A stretch of 64,000 nucleotides of DNA, taken from contig NC_043017.1 in the NCBI RefSeq assembly GCF_006345805.1, forward strand, positions 3,162,001 through 3,226,000, written 5' to 3'. The position numbers and the translations under genes are program-made. Shown in pieces: positions 10,250-24,214 of the stretch. The first letter of the stretch is position 1. Every line of letters starts with the position of its first letter. Under the pieces are notes generated by a model. It made no database searches. It was given only the letters and a program-made list of their open reading frames with translations, and was not told the origin of the DNA. Source of the DNA: Octopus sinensis. Lineage: Eukaryota.

Positions 10250-10524
10250 GAAGCGGTCTTCGTCCCAGAGCTCGCAGTGGGAGAAGTCCGAATCGTGGTC
10301 TTTTGCTATTCGTAAGACCCGCAGAAGAGAAAGCAGGTCAACCCCCGACACCGAGAGCATCGACAGATGGATGAATGCGCATCCAGGCTCAGCGGTTGCG
10401 TAGGAAGTCGGGGACAAGAAACAGGAAGAAGGAGTGAGAGAAAGTTAGGGCGAAAGAGTACAACAGGGGTCGCCACCACCCCCTGCCGGAGCCTCGTTGA
10501 GCTTTAGGTGTTTTCGCTCAATAA
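10250..10524 (-). mobile_element. SINE family D variant, 5'-truncated
   Basis: Near-identical to 984-1255. Confidence 0.8.
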
Positions 10525-11781
10525 ATAAACACAGCCATGCCCACCCCATCTGTTTTGCATATATCTGTCGAAAGGTTAATGTGTGTATGCGTTTTAGCCT
10601 TTGGGTGCCTGGTTCAGACAATAGAGAATCGAGGACGATGCAGCTGCTATTTTCTGCTGGTCCTACGACCCCATACAATCCCGACCCCGGCATTGATTTG
10701 GTGAAGCTGTTGTCATTTAACTCTAGGACACACCTTATTCAGCAGCGTTATAATCAAAGACAATCCTGCCGTGACACACCATCTGAAGTGTTCCGGTTCT
10801 TGTATACTGAGGACTACATTGTTCTACCTGTACTCTTTTATTAAAGATAAAATGGTGTGATTTGAGGACGATTTGACTGCTATTTCTTCTATTTTCTACT
10901 ACTTCCAAACCTGGCCGCAGGGCAGTAATTTAATGGTTGCGAGTGTCACTGTCCTCTTGGAGTATCACTCAGTGGAAAGTTGGGAAATAAATGAAGGAAG
11001 GAAGGAAAGAAAGAAAGAAAGAAAGAAAGAAAGTCTTGATGTAAGAAAGGATATCTTTGAGTTTAGGCTGTAGGGTGTGAACTGAATGAGATTTGGCTAC
11101 TATGTCTAGGATGCCCGGCGACCAGCTAGTAAATCCTTTCTTGTAGATATTCGAGTGCTTAATCGTTTATCTCTAGGTCAGTTCTTTCAAACAGATATAT
11201 GATGAAAAGACATTCCAGCCTTGGACATCCTGTCTTTTTATATATTTGTCTAATTTGCTCAATGAGCCCAAGCTTTCTAAAAAAAAAAGCAATAGAATGT
11301 GTCTGAGGGAAATCAAGCTGTTATTTCTAGCATATCGAGAAGCCACGTAGAAGCCATGCCGGCGTTTCGACGTTTTTTTCTTGTCAGAGCAGGATGGAAA
11401 ACCATATTTAAAAACAAAAAGAATGAAATGTGTGAGGTTTGAATTCTTTTGCGAAATATTTGTGAAAGGAAACAGGAAAATGACATTAACGCTTTGGTAA
11501 ATCGATTTATTGAATGGAATTAGTGTGTGGAATATAATGAAATATTCAGTAATAAGGATCGATATCAATATGAGAATCAATACAAAGATTGTATTTATTT
11601 GGTCTGCGAAACAATTATGCGTTTTGTTAAAGTGCTCAGATCTATTCTCCACGCTGGTGGCCAGATATACCGTAGTTGGATTCGATGTTGTTGTGAGTAT
11701 CAGATGTGTTACCTAGTAACTACACGCGAGGTTTGAACAGCCTCCACCACCAGAGTGGACCTCGGATAAATACTTCAGCGG

Positions 11782-12173
11782 AAGGCGGCCAGCTGGTAGA
11801 ATCGTTAGCACGCCGGGCGAGATGCTTAGCGGTATTTCGTCTGCCGCTACATTCTGAGTTCAAATTCCGTCGAGATCGACTTTGCCTTTCATCCTTTCAG
11901 GGTCGATTAAATAAGTACCAGTCTCGCACTAGGTTCGATGTAATCGACTTAATCCATTTGCCTGTACTTATTTTCCCCTCTATGTTTAGCCCCTTGTGAG
12001 CAGTAAAGAAATAAAGAAACGTTAGCACGTCGGGCGAAATACTTAGCGGTATTTCGTCTGTCTTTACGTTCTGAGTTCAAATTCCGCCGAGGTCGACTTT
12101 GCCTTTCTTCCTTTCGGGGGCCGATAAATTAAGCACCAGTTTCGTACTGGGGTCGATCTACTCGACTGGCCCC
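11782..12173 (+). mobile_element. Two tandem SINE family A copies
   Basis: Full copy at 11782-12013 followed directly by a head-truncated copy at 12014-12173. Confidence 0.85.
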
Positions 12174-12231
12174 GATAGAGTAAGTATTAGGCTTACAAAG
12201 AATGAGTCCTGGGGTGCTCCAGCATGGCCAC

Positions 12232-12527
12232 AGTGGATTTGGTAGACGGAAACTGAAAAAAGCCCGTCGTATATATGTAAATATGTATATATGTATTTAT
12301 GTATGTGTGTGTATATGTTGTGTATCTGTGTTTGTCCCCCCACCATCGCTTGACAATCGATGCTGGTGTGTTTAGGTCCCCGTAACATAGCGATTCGGCA
12401 AAAGAGAGCAATAGATAAGTACTAGGCTTACAAAGAATAAGTCCTTTGGTCGATTTGATTCGACTAAAGGCGGTACTCCAGCATGGCCGCAGTCAAATGA
12501 CTGAAACAAGTAAAAGAGTAAAAGAGT
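12232..12527 (+). mobile_element. SINE family C 3' portion
   Basis: GGATTTGGTAGACGGAAACTG...CCAGCATGGCCGCAGTCAAATGACTGAAACAAGTAAAAGAG, as in 41861-42240. Confidence 0.8.
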
Positions 12528-12722
12528 ATGTATGTATGAAACAGTCTTATAGGCCTAAACTTTTTTCATCCATGAAACAGCATGTGGAGCTTGGAAGATC
12601 ATCGCGAGTCATAAGCATCGTAACCTCCGTTTGTCTCTCATTAGGATTTCACATTTGGATAGGGTCAGAAGTGAATCGTACATGCTAAACACACACTCAC
12701 ACACACATGCAAGCACATACAA

Positions 12723-12799
<77 letters not shown>

Positions 12800-13286
12800 C
12801 ATATACATTCATTCACTAGTTCATTCGTTCTCTCTCTCTCTCTCTCTCTAACTCTCTCTCCCTCTCTTTCTCTCATTCTCTTCGAAGCCAGAAAATACAT
12901 CAGTCTTAACGTATTGTCGATTCTCTTCAAAGAACAAATGAAACTTCTATCGGCGTAGTGGCCCACACACCCGAAAGAGTACTGCCGTTCTACATACAGA
13001 CATAGCGGATGGTATTTACAGGAAAGTCAGATTGGTAAAGACTCAATTACCAACACACTTCAGTCGAATTATTGCTTCACATCTTTCAGATAGAGCGGGA
13101 AATAAAATGCCTTGTTGCAGAGGTCGCGGTATTTGGATGTATTTCAAGATGGCGAGCGTTTCAATAGCTTGTCTCTTTAACCTATTCACTCCCAGACTAC
13201 TTAAATTTCCGAATATTACTTTTAAATTCTTACAGATGATTGACAATAGGTTAAGATAAAAAAAAATAATTATTAAAACTCCTTTA

Positions 13287-13551
13287 TGTGGAGGCACGTG
13301 GCTTAGTGGTTAGGGTGTCAGCACCATGATCGTAACATTGTGGTTTCGATTCCTGGACCGGGCGACGCGTTGTGTTCTTGAGCAAAACACTTCATTTCCC
13401 GTTGCTCCAGTCCACTCAGCTGGCAAAAGTGAGTAACGCTGCGATGGACTGGCGTCCCGTCCAGCTGTGGAACACATAAGCCATAGAAACCGGGAAACCG
13501 GGCTCATGAGCCTGGCTAGGCTTTAAAAGGGCGAATTTATTTTTTTATTTG
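13287..13551 (+). mobile_element. tRNA-derived SINE family E, full length, 11-bp TSD
   Basis: Head GGAGGCACGTGGCTTAGTGGTTAG with B-box-like GGTTTCGATTCC; AAACTCCTTTA at 13276-13286 and 13552-13562. Confidence 0.85.
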
Positions 13552-13803
13552 AAACTCCTTTACTTCAAGTAGAAATGGAAATACTCGATGTCCTATAAAT
13601 AGGACACTTGAGACAATGTAAAATCTTGAGACAAGGTAAAATCTTGGCTACGTATGTTTCCTAACTAGTAGATCCTCAATAAGAGGTACTCCACTACCAG
13701 GCTGAAGATACCTTGGTTAACAGATTGGTTCGCACAATTACATATCAATAATTTCTCTAGCCTTCTCTCTCTCTTTATATAAATATATATATGTATATAT
13801 ATG

Positions 13804-13888
<85 letters not shown>

Positions 13889-13911
13889 CACGTATATATA
13901 TATACACACAC

Positions 13912-13955
<44 letters not shown>

Positions 13956-14286
13956 ATATATATATATATATATATTATATATAGATCGATCTCCATATAC
14001 ATATATATGTGTATACAGAGAGAGAGCGGGCGGGGAGGGATCTGTTATGTATGATTCACTCGAGATTCCACCATTCCGTTCTTTTTGCTTCCCATAAACA
14101 TTGTTGTCGTCATAGCTCTAATTAATTTTTTATCATTTATTGAGTATTTTCAGCAAAATAATAATCCGTTTTGTTTTCTGATTTTGTTCTTTTGTTTTCG
14201 TAGATAAGTTGAGACTTGCATTGTGGAGTACATTTGTATGTACTAGCGACACCTTATACATATATACATACGCACACGTGCGTATG

Positions 14287-14324
<38 letters not shown>

Positions 14325-14707
14325 CACTCACTGACATGCACACACACTCACTGACATACACACAGGCTTACAGACAGACAGACAGGCAAGCAGACAGACA
14401 GGCAGGCAGATAGAGTGAGAGAATGGAAAGAATCGACTCGACGACACGACTGGTACTTTATTTATCGAATCCTAAAACAATGAAAAGTAGAGTTGACCTC
14501 GGTCGAATTTGAACTCAAAACGCAGAGCTGGAGCAACTACTGCGTAGCATTATGTCCGATGCTTCCCCGAAATGTATCCCTTTTTCTTAACTTGGGACAG
14601 TTGAGTTTCAGTCGCAGGAGATTTAGCTACTATATCTATCAGAGGGATTATCGACTCAGAGGCTCTCTGGTTGGCTTGTATATTTAAGCGCATATCATGT
14701 AACGTAA

Positions 14708-14918
14708 TATTTCCCAAGGGGCTAAACATAGAGGGGACAAACAAGGACAGACAAACGGATTAAGTCGATTACATCGACCCCCAGTGCGTAACTGGTACTT
14801 AATTTATCGACCCCGAAAGGATGAAAGGCAAAGTCAACCTCGGCGGAATTTGAACTCAGAATGTAACGGCAGACGAAATACGGCTACGCATTTCGCCCGG
14901 CGTGCTAACGATTCTGCC
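14708..14918 (-). mobile_element. SINE family A
   Basis: Same core and tail as 9316-9548. Confidence 0.85.
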
Positions 14919-15259
14919 TTTTGCTAGGGTTTTAAGATGAGGATTGAAGGGCAATTTGGTTGCTATTTCGTGTAGGATGGGTTGCCTCGACGCAACGCCC
15001 CGTTATCTCACGCGGTGTTGGTTTGTTTCGGAAGAAAACATGTCGAGGACAGGTCGATTGTGGCGTGAAATAAGTGTGAAGATAAAGATAGTGTGTTTTT
15101 CTTATCAACGGCTTCTTTGTTGACACTCTTCATTGCATCAATAATAAACGATAGATAGATCTTTAACCCAGCTCACTCATTCTCCTGAATACATGAATAT
15201 TTGAATATATATTTTATAAGTATAAATATGTGGTGTCTGAGTCGATGCCTCTGTCTCCC

Positions 15260-15331
<72 letters not shown>

Positions 15332-16619
15332 TTCTCTGTCTCTGTCTCCTTGACTGTGTCCGCGAGTATCTGAATCCGTGTATGTGTGGCAATATGCCTA
15401 AGAATTCTTTACATGTGTGTACCTGTTTCGTACCTGTTTCCAAGCGCCCTCACCTTGTGGTTGAGAGGTCGATCGATGCGAGATGAAGTAGTTGATCTTA
15501 TCTTATCGCATCTTCTGTTCTTATTCGTTTTAGCGTTTTAATTCTTAACCCTCCCCTTCGATTTACATATTTTGGACGTCAGATTCAGAATCTACAAAAA
15601 GATGGAGGGAGCGGCTGGGTTTAACATCAATTTAACACCATATTAAAATATAATATAATAATAAGGAACTTCAGTTCAATATATCTATATATTTATAAAT
15701 TTCAATCTAAATATATTCATATATTAATTTTTAAATATTAGCTAAAAGAAATAATTCAAAGTTGCCAGTGGCGTGGATTTGAACAACATAAACAAATACA
15801 GGTACATCAAATACCATACAACATAAATTCTTGATTTATTATAATTATCTCCGCCTCTAGAGGATCTTTTATAATTACCATACAGTAATTAAGGGTTAAT
15901 GAGTCAGAAACACGTGTCAGCATTTATTGTCTAAGCCCGGGCAATAAGCCTGTCTTTTTGTAAAAGTCTTTTCAGTTGTGGAGAATATTTGATTATTGTT
16001 ATTATCTCTCCTTCTCGTATGGAATTGGTCTCAACTTCCATATGGAATTCATGGACACGTCCTCCTCTAGAGGTGGGGATAATTTTCTTGTCATTTTTCA
16101 GTATTCCTATATATATTTTTATGATTCTACATTTAATCATTTTTATATTCTCCTCTTTAGGCAGATCTATCTCAGTACCTTATCTCTGTCATAACAGATT
16201 TCTCTATTTCGAATGTCATCACAATGTCACTCCTAAATATCCTTATTGTTTGTACAAATAAAACCACTTGATTCTTGTCTTTACCACGAAACTTTAAATT
16301 CTCCATAAATAGATAATTCACTTTTCCCCCTATCCTTTTCCAATTTATGTCCTTCCCTAATTTCGCTTAGTATAATCGACAAGGAGGCAAGTGCGATTAC
16401 GAACAAGACAAAGGATAAGCTGTCCCCTTGAAAGATTTCTCTCCCTACCAGTATGTCCGCTAATCTTCTCTTTCCTGACTTTCACTCTACTCGTTAATGT
16501 CGCATTCTATTTTCTAACTGGTACCAAACCATTTTCCCAACATTTCGAAATGCTCTAAGCACAGGTGTTCATGTACCTCATCTGCAATTATCCCTGATGG
16601 GAGATTTCACATAGGAAGT

Positions 16620-16990
16620 AGACGTGTAATTGATAGGGGGTTTGAAACTGCTTTCCTTTCAGTATCAGTAGAATCTTCCTTTGGTTAACCCCAGTAGGAG
16701 ACCCCTTTCCGTTTGAGTTCCTATGAAATTTGATCTCTTCTCTTCCATTTAGGACCCAAATTGTTTGACTATGTCGTCTTCTCACAGATTTGAATGTCTT
16801 CAGGCTGATCTCTTCTAATCTTTTGGATACCACTCGACAATTTAACGGGTCTACCAGTTGCTTTGAGTCGTGTGACATGTCCGGCACAGGGAGTCTTGTG
16901 CTTTCGATGTTATGCGATCACATCGTTCACTCCATTTTATCCTCGAATTCCATCGTTTCGAGTACATTCCTACAATGGTGTTCTTGTCTT
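16620..16990 (-). mobile_element. Degenerate RTE LINE 3' fragment
   Basis: Minus strand with stops: IVEWYPKD*KR...EDDIVKQFG, resembling the RTE W.P...KR..GRP..RW.DDI motif. Confidence 0.5.
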
Positions 16991-17000
16991 GAATCTTTCT

Positions 17001-17232
17001 TATTTCTTTTCTGCCCACAAGGGGCTACACACAGAGGGGACAAACAAGGACAGACAAACGGATTAAGTCGATTATATAGACCCCAGTGCGTAACTGATAC
17101 TTAATTTATCGACGCCGAAAGGATGAAAGGCAAAGTCGACCTCGGCGGAATTTGAACTCAGAACATAGCGGCAGACGAAATACGGCTACGCATTTCGCCC
17201 GGCGTGCTAACGTTTCTGCCAGCTCGCCGCTT
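17001..17232 (-). mobile_element. Full-length SINE family A
   Basis: Head ...GCCAGCTCGCCGC at 17230, tail TATTTCTTT at 17001. Confidence 0.9.
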
Positions 17233-18260
17233 TGCTAGTTGATAGTTTCAACTAAACTAATTAAGGACTTTTGCTTGTTTAATTCATTAGACAGCTTGTG
17301 TTATTTGAACAAGGTCCTTGGGTTGGTTCATTGATGGGTGTGTGCATGTGTATTTGTGTATGTATGTGAGTGTGTGAGCTCTGATAAGACTTTGTTATGG
17401 TTCATTACCTTTCAAATTCTGTGTATTTTAGCAGATGCTTTTTCTTACTTTGTATTTGCGCATGAATAAATATTGTGTAGTGTGTGTTTAATTGGGCCGG
17501 ATATTTGTGGTTCGATATTCGGAGGTGGATTTTTTTTTCTTTTAATGTGTGAGAAATTCGTGGTTGTCTTATTCTACTTGAAGTTCGAGCCATTTTTAAA
17601 GATGAACTTATTTTGGTGTCTGCTGCATGAGATATGCTCATTCTTCTTATTTAATGAGTTCGTGTGTGTGTGTCTTGCGTGATTAAATTGCATTTTTCTG
17701 TGATACATAGGGAAAATTTCCAGAACCATTGATAAATGATAGCTGCTCAACAAAATGGAAAACGAATTTTGGAAACATACAACACACACTGCAGTCACTA
17801 AACAACAACATACTGAGGAATACAGAACACTTACTTATAAGTTCGCTATTTATATCATAAATGTATATTTGTCGAACCGGAAGGTGCAGGACATAAGTAC
17901 TGACTACAAATTTTCTAGAGATGTCAACAGATGGAGACATAAACAAACGTGCACATACATACAAATACATAGACGTACACACTCACGTATGAATAGACAT
18001 ACACACGCACATATTTACATACATTTTCTTATCTATCAGGCTTCTGCACAGTTTCCGTCTATCAGAATTACTCGCAAAACAATGGAGGGTGGGACTATAC
18101 CAGAATCAGGTAGCTGCTACGGAAAACCTGTTAACCACATCAACATACCGGGTTGTAAATATCTATGTATATGTGTATGCGTGCGGGTGGTGTGCGCGCG
18201 TGTGTGTATGTTTGTGGTGTGCGTGCATGAATATGTGTGGATGTAAATAAATAGACAGAC

Positions 18261-18291
18261 AGATAGATCGATCGATCGATAGATAGATAGG

Positions 18292-18376
<85 letters not shown>
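18261..18376. repeat. (GATA)n microsatellite
   Basis: Direct reading. Confidence 0.95.
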
Positions 18377-18377
<1 letters not shown>

Positions 18378-18469
18378 CAGAGAGAGCAAGACAGAGAAAA
18401 AGACAGAGAGATAAACAAACAGATAGGCAGGCAGGCCATCAGACATATAGGCAGGAAGGCAGACAGTTA

Positions 18470-18935
18470 CCGTAAATCCTCGAGTATAATCAGCATTTTT
18501 TCCCCAAATTTAAAGGTCAAAATCCCCAGTGCGTACTATATACGAGGTTAAAAATGAAAATTATTTTCTAAGCAATGTCCGAGTCTCTATTTGCTTTCCG
18601 GCAATGTTTATTCAGACGCATTTTGTGATGCCAGGCGTGAAAAAACCTTAAACCATCCATAACTTGCAGTAAGCAACATTTATTAAACGTTATTACTATT
18701 ATTTTTTTATTTTCTGCAAAAAAGCTACACGTTTGCATTATGTTATATATACAATAATAATAAAGGGCGTTACCGTATACCTTTTTACAAACCAAGGACG
18801 TTATATAGAACTCCTTGACTCAAGTTAGAGAAGGGGTGCGTATTATACACAAGGGTTAGGTTTTTCAGAGGTACAGCCCACTAAAAATCCTCTGCGTGTT
18901 ATACTCGAGGGCGGACTATACTCGAGGATTTACGG
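18470..18935. mobile_element. Non-autonomous Tc1/mariner-superfamily (pogo/Tc2-like) MITE
   Basis: TIRs CCGTAAATCCTCGAGTATA / TATACTCGAGGATTTACGG, flanked by TA on both sides (18468-69, 18936-37). Confidence 0.85.
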
Positions 18936-19028
18936 TAGACAGACAGACGGATATACGGACGGACGGACGGACAGACATACAGAGAGACAGATACATACAT
19001 ACATACATACATACATACATACATACAT

Positions 19029-19077
<49 letters not shown>

Positions 19078-19409
19078 TATACATTTATATATTCATTCAT
19101 TAATACAAAAAAGACACGGAGAGAGAATCGGGACCCAAATGGAAGAGACGGACGCATTCAAGGGAAGAAGAATATATATGCGCATTTTATAGGACAACAG
19201 ATAGTTTGGTCGATAAGGAAATGTATGTAAATATGGGTGCATGTGGGGGGGGTATGTGTGTGTGTGTGTGTGAGCGCAATCACTTATATATGCGTGTGTG
19301 TGTGTGTGTGTGTACATGTATGTATGCATGTGTAAATATAAGTTGAGATGTGCCAATTCTATGTTGGCTGGAATTCAATGCACTTCAGACACAACAACGG
19401 GATGAGCGA

Positions 19410-19419
<10 letters not shown>

Positions 19420-19450
<31 letters not shown>

Positions 19451-19735
19451 CATACACGCTCATCCCGTTGTTTTATATATATCTATATTTATATATATAT
19501 ATAAACATATATATATATAGACACACACGCTCATCCCGTTGTTTTATATATATATGTGTATGTATGTATGTATGTATGTATGTATGTATGTATGTATGTA
19601 TATATGTATACACTTATATATATATGTATATGTATATATTTATGCATATATATATAGATGTATATATATATATGTATGTATGTATATATATATATATATA
19701 TGTGTTTATATATATATATATACATAGATGTATAC

Positions 19736-19769
<34 letters not shown>

Positions 19770-19892
19770 GCATGTATATATATATGCATATATATATATA
19801 TATACATAGATGTGTATATATATATATATATATGTATGTATGTGTATATATATATATATATCTGTGTATATATGTATATATATGTATATATA

Positions 19893-19949
<57 letters not shown>

Positions 19950-19990
19950 CGTATGTATATATATATATAAATACATACGTATATACGTGT
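19420..19990. repeat. Compound (TA)n/(TATG)n microsatellite field
   Basis: Direct reading; source of the spurious YI/YVCM ORFs. Confidence 0.95.
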
Positions 19991-20190
19991 GTGCACCTGT
20001 GAGTTTGTCATTGTGCGTGTGTGTACATATGTAGTCGTATGCGTTTGTAAGACTGTGCGTGCGCGCGCGAGTACGTACTAACACCCCCACCCCACCCCAC
20101 CCCCACACAGAACATATACACATATCGATTGATTTCTCTTATCCTATACCAACGTTAGCGACAAGACTGTGTGTGAGTGTGTGTCAGCCA

Positions 20191-20222
<32 letters not shown>

Positions 20223-20802
20223 TTGTGTATGTGTATGTATGTACTTACGATATGTATGCGTTTATGCATAGTTACACGTATCTGGCCGCATCTTTGTTGC
20301 TGGCATTGCGTGGCCACATGTACGTATATATGTGTATATATATATACGTGTATAAATATGTATGTATGTATGTATGTATGTATGTGTGTATGTGTGTATG
20401 AGAGCGAGGCTGGGCTTTGTTTATAAGTAAAATAGTGATGCCGTATCTATAAACACAGACCACATGTACACATACATACACACACACACAGGTGTATACA
20501 TATTATGAGCAAGCGTGTATACGCAGGTGCGTGTGTTAGTAGATACACTTTTAAATATGTATGCGTGTATGCATACATGTGTGTGTGTGTGTATGGTATC
20601 CATGTATGTATATGCGCGAACCACTTTCGATACAAATCGGTGAGGTGGTTCGATTAGAAGCGCGGAGTCAGTCCAGGATTTATTTACACATCTGGAAGTC
20701 TTGTCGGGAGATGTACGTGTTGACAGACAATTAATTGCACTCGGCAGGGGTTGTTTCTACGTTAAACGATTCGCGAAAAAGACAAAAAAAAAATTGCCTA
20801 AG

Positions 20803-20902
20803 ATGACGGGTAAACGACAAAACAATAGGAGTCAAATGTCATTGAAGAAAAAGACGGATGAAAAGAAGTCGAAAGCCTACGAGATTTTTGCAAAGTTTGT
20901 GG
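20803..20902 (+). CDS. ODF3: ODF3/CIMAP1-like protein, probable first coding exon
   Basis: ATG at 20803, MTGKRQNNRSQMSLKKKTDEKKSKAYEIFAKFV-G, perfect GTAAGT donor at 20903 in phase 1. Joining to 34727 gives IFAKFVGPAPNNYRLP, resembling the ODF3 N-terminal I.A.(F/Y).SPGP.Y.LP motif. The link across a 13.8-kb intron is inferred. Confidence 0.65.
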
Positions 20903-20964
20903 GTAAGTTTTAAAGGGAAGCTGACATCTGTCGCCCCTTGAACACATACACTCAGACACACATA

Positions 20965-21199
20965 CAGGGCGGCCCAAAAGTAGGTTTACAGTTATTCAAC
21001 TATCACTTTCACATTCATGTATCAACAGTTTAGATCTTATATATATATAAAAAAATAACATGAAACCGAAACCGTTATTCTATGATAATTTGGTTAATTT
21101 CGTCAAGTTCCCTTTTCAGCTTGTAAGATAGAAATTTAAATTTACTAAAATGTTCTAAAAGAAATTTGATAACTTTAAACCTACTTTTGGGCCACCCTG
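20965..21199. mobile_element. Tc1/mariner-type MITE
   Basis: ~30-bp TIRs CAGGG(C/T)GGCCCAAAAGTAGGTTTA(C/A)AGTTA, TA at the left end; right terminus duplicated at 21214-21230. Confidence 0.8.
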
Positions 21200-22587
21200 T
21201 GCATATATATAAATTTTGGGCCACCCTGTATGTATGTATGTAGGGTGAGAAATTAGATATTAATTTAATTAACATCGATTTCACACCAGTGGTCTATCAT
21301 ATAAAAAAAAATGAAGGTTCAGTAAAATTGTATTAAATACATATTAGCGGGAAACCACTATGTGGACACCCTTATGCTAGAAATAGATTCGCTATGAGAA
21401 CATTTCTTAGTGGTAAGACCATAGCGGATCTATTTCTAGCCTACTTTTGAGGGCCACCCCCGCATAGAACTTACCGTTAATAAAAGCCGGTGTGGGTTGC
21501 GTTCTGTTCCTTAAGTGAAAAGATATATAGTAAATACACAAACGTAAAGTAAACAGCGTAAAACTTATATCTAGGGCACAAGCAGAAGGTCCCTAATTCA
21601 TCATCAGTTATCAACCAGATGGCATTACTCAGTTTCGCACCATGAAGGATTAGGGACCTTATGTGTCTGCCTTCCGTCTGTTTGCGCCCTCAATATATGC
21701 TATTCGTTTGTGTCTTTACTAAATATTTTTTTCACTTATTTTATACACACACATAAACACAGACACACACAAACACAGGCACACATACACACGCATGTGT
21801 CTTTTATATTCTTGTTTCGGTTATATGACTGGGGATGCGCTGGGGACCCCGATTTGTTAAAGGTTTTAGCTTTAGTCGAGCAAATTGATCCCAGAACCAT
21901 TTTTATATATTTTTTTAAAGTTTATTACTTATTCTGTTGATCATTTATGTTGAACTTCCAGTAACAGGGACATAAATAAATCAACACCGGTTGTCAAGCG
22001 GTGACGAAGGCGGGAACAAAATCGAAGACACACATAAACACACATATATATTCATACGCACACACACACACTCATATGTATGTATGTATGTATGTATGTA
22101 TATATGTATGTATACGTGTATGTATGTATGTATGTATGTATGTACGTATGTATGTATGTATGCATGTATATATGTATGTATATATGTATGCATGTATGTA
22201 TGTATATATGTATGTCTGTATGTATGTATGTTGCAGTTATGTCTGTCTGTATGTATGTATGTATGTACGACGGGCTTCCACACAGTTTTCCACAGCCAAA
22301 TTCATTCACAAGCCTTTTGAAGGGGCCGCATCTATATCAGAAGAAACTTGACTAAGGTACCGCGCAGTGGAACTGAACCCGAAACCACATGCTTCAAAAT
22401 CGAGTTTCTTAACCACACAGCCACGCCTACGTACACACCCAGAGCTCCTCTAAACTAGGAAGCATACAGCTAATTAGGAAATTAGATCTACGAGTCATTA
22501 ATGTATCTGTGAAATAATGTAAAACATTCCAGGCGTTCAGCCTGAAATAGTTTCATATGTACGCGTAGAGACATATCCTAAGAAGAA

Positions 22588-22952
22588 GCACTCCGTCGGT
22601 AACGACGATGAGGGTTCCGGTTGATCCGAATCAACGGAACAGCCTGCTCGTGAAATTAACGTGTAAGTGGCTGAGCACTCCACAGACACGTGTATCCTTA
22701 ACGTAGTTCTCGGGGATATTCAGCGTGACACAAAGAGTGACAAGGCCGGCCCTTTGAAATACAGGTACAACAGAAACAGGAAGAGAGAGTGAGAGAAAGT
22801 TGTGGTGAAAGAGTACAGCAGGGATCAGCACCATCCCCTGCCGGAGCCTCGTGGAGCTTTTAGGTGTTTTCGCTCAATAAACACTCACAACGCCCGGTCT
22901 GGGAATCGAAACCGCGAGTCCGCTGCCCTAACCACTGGGCCATTGCGCCTCC
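22588..22952 (-). mobile_element. Full-length SINE family D
   Basis: tRNA-like head GGAGGCGCAATGGCCCAGTGGTTAGGGCAGCGGACTCGCGGTTTCGATTCCC; tail ...ACCGACGGAGTGC. Confidence 0.9.
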
Positions 22953-23265
22953 ACAGACATATCCACGTGTATGTGTACGAATGCTTCAATCAAAATATAC
23001 AGGCTTCGACAGGCAATGACATGCACGCATGCGAACATACATTCGTTTGCAGATATACATATATACAAAGTAGGAGTAAATAGTTAATGTTTTGCAAATT
23101 CCAAAGAAAGAGCATTTTATCGGGTTTGGAAACCGGTTCTTTATTGGTGAGAATCTTTTGAAATAAAACTGGAATTCAGACACATGTACAACATACATTC
23201 ATGCATATTTACGTGCACATACATGCACGCATGCATGCGAACGTACATACGCATATGTATGTATA

Positions 23266-23420
23266 TCTTTTATATAAAATCCGTTCTGTCTGTCTGTGTG
23301 TGTGTGTCTTCTAGGATCTCGGGCATCCTCCATCCGATTGCGCTCAAATTTGATATGTAGATACCGACGGTATCAGGGCGTGTATAAGTCTTGAAAAAAT
23401 TACAAAAATCGATTCCAAAT
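23266..23420 (+). mobile_element. Possible Helentron/DINE-1-like non-autonomous element end
   Basis: TCTTTTATATAAAA followed by a (CTGT)/(GT) microsatellite and CCGATT...AAATTTG; resemblance from memory only. Confidence 0.35.
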
Positions 23421-23892
23421 GAGAATGCGATCGATAAAGCCGTGGGAACGTGCATTTGTACATTCATGTACATCAGCTGTTGTGATCGAAAAAAATGCAC
23501 GTGCAGTTTGCGCAAAAAAAAAAGCCGACTGGCTTGAAATAATGCCACAGAATGCAGTATATTTAAGAGACCAAAAAAGTAAGATGCAAAAGAGATATTT
23601 TCTTCAAACTTGGCAAGAAGGAAGGAAAGACTATTTGGTTTCTCAAGAAGATTAAAAAAAATTTTTTTTTTTGCCTTATTAGTGCCGTTTTGTCTCCAAC
23701 ACGTCCGGATTGAATAACTTCTAATCAAAATCATCTCAGCCACAAACAAACTGTTTTTCCTTGTTAGCGTACGTGTGTGTTTCTGTGTATACTCTTAAAA
23801 TTTTTAGGCTATTATAATTTTTTTTTAAATGAAAACAAATGAAATTAAAATTACACGTTTATGAGGAGAGCCAAATTTTCTGAGACATTCAT

Positions 23893-24214
23893 AGCGCGTG
23901 GCTTAGTGGTTAGGGCATTCGGTTCATAATTGTAAAGTTGTGAGTTCGATTTCTAGCGATGAGTTGCGTCCTTCAGCAAGACATTTTATTTCATGTTGCT
24001 CCCAGTCCACTCAGCTGTCAAAAATGAGTCGAATTTGTATTTCAAAGGGTCAGCCTTGTCACATTCTATATCACGCTGAATCTCCCTGAGAAACTACGTT
24101 TAGGGCACACGTGTCTGTGGAGTACTCAGCCGCTTGCACGATAATTTCACGAGCAGATTGTTCTGTTAATCGGATCAGCGCTAGCACCCTCATCGCCGTG
24201 ACCGACGGAGAGCC
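23893..24214 (+). mobile_element. SINE with family E head and family D-type tail
   Basis: GCGTGGCTTAGTGGTTAGG head; ...CACGCTGAATCTCCCTGAGAAACTACGTT...ACCGACGGAG tail. Confidence 0.75.
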
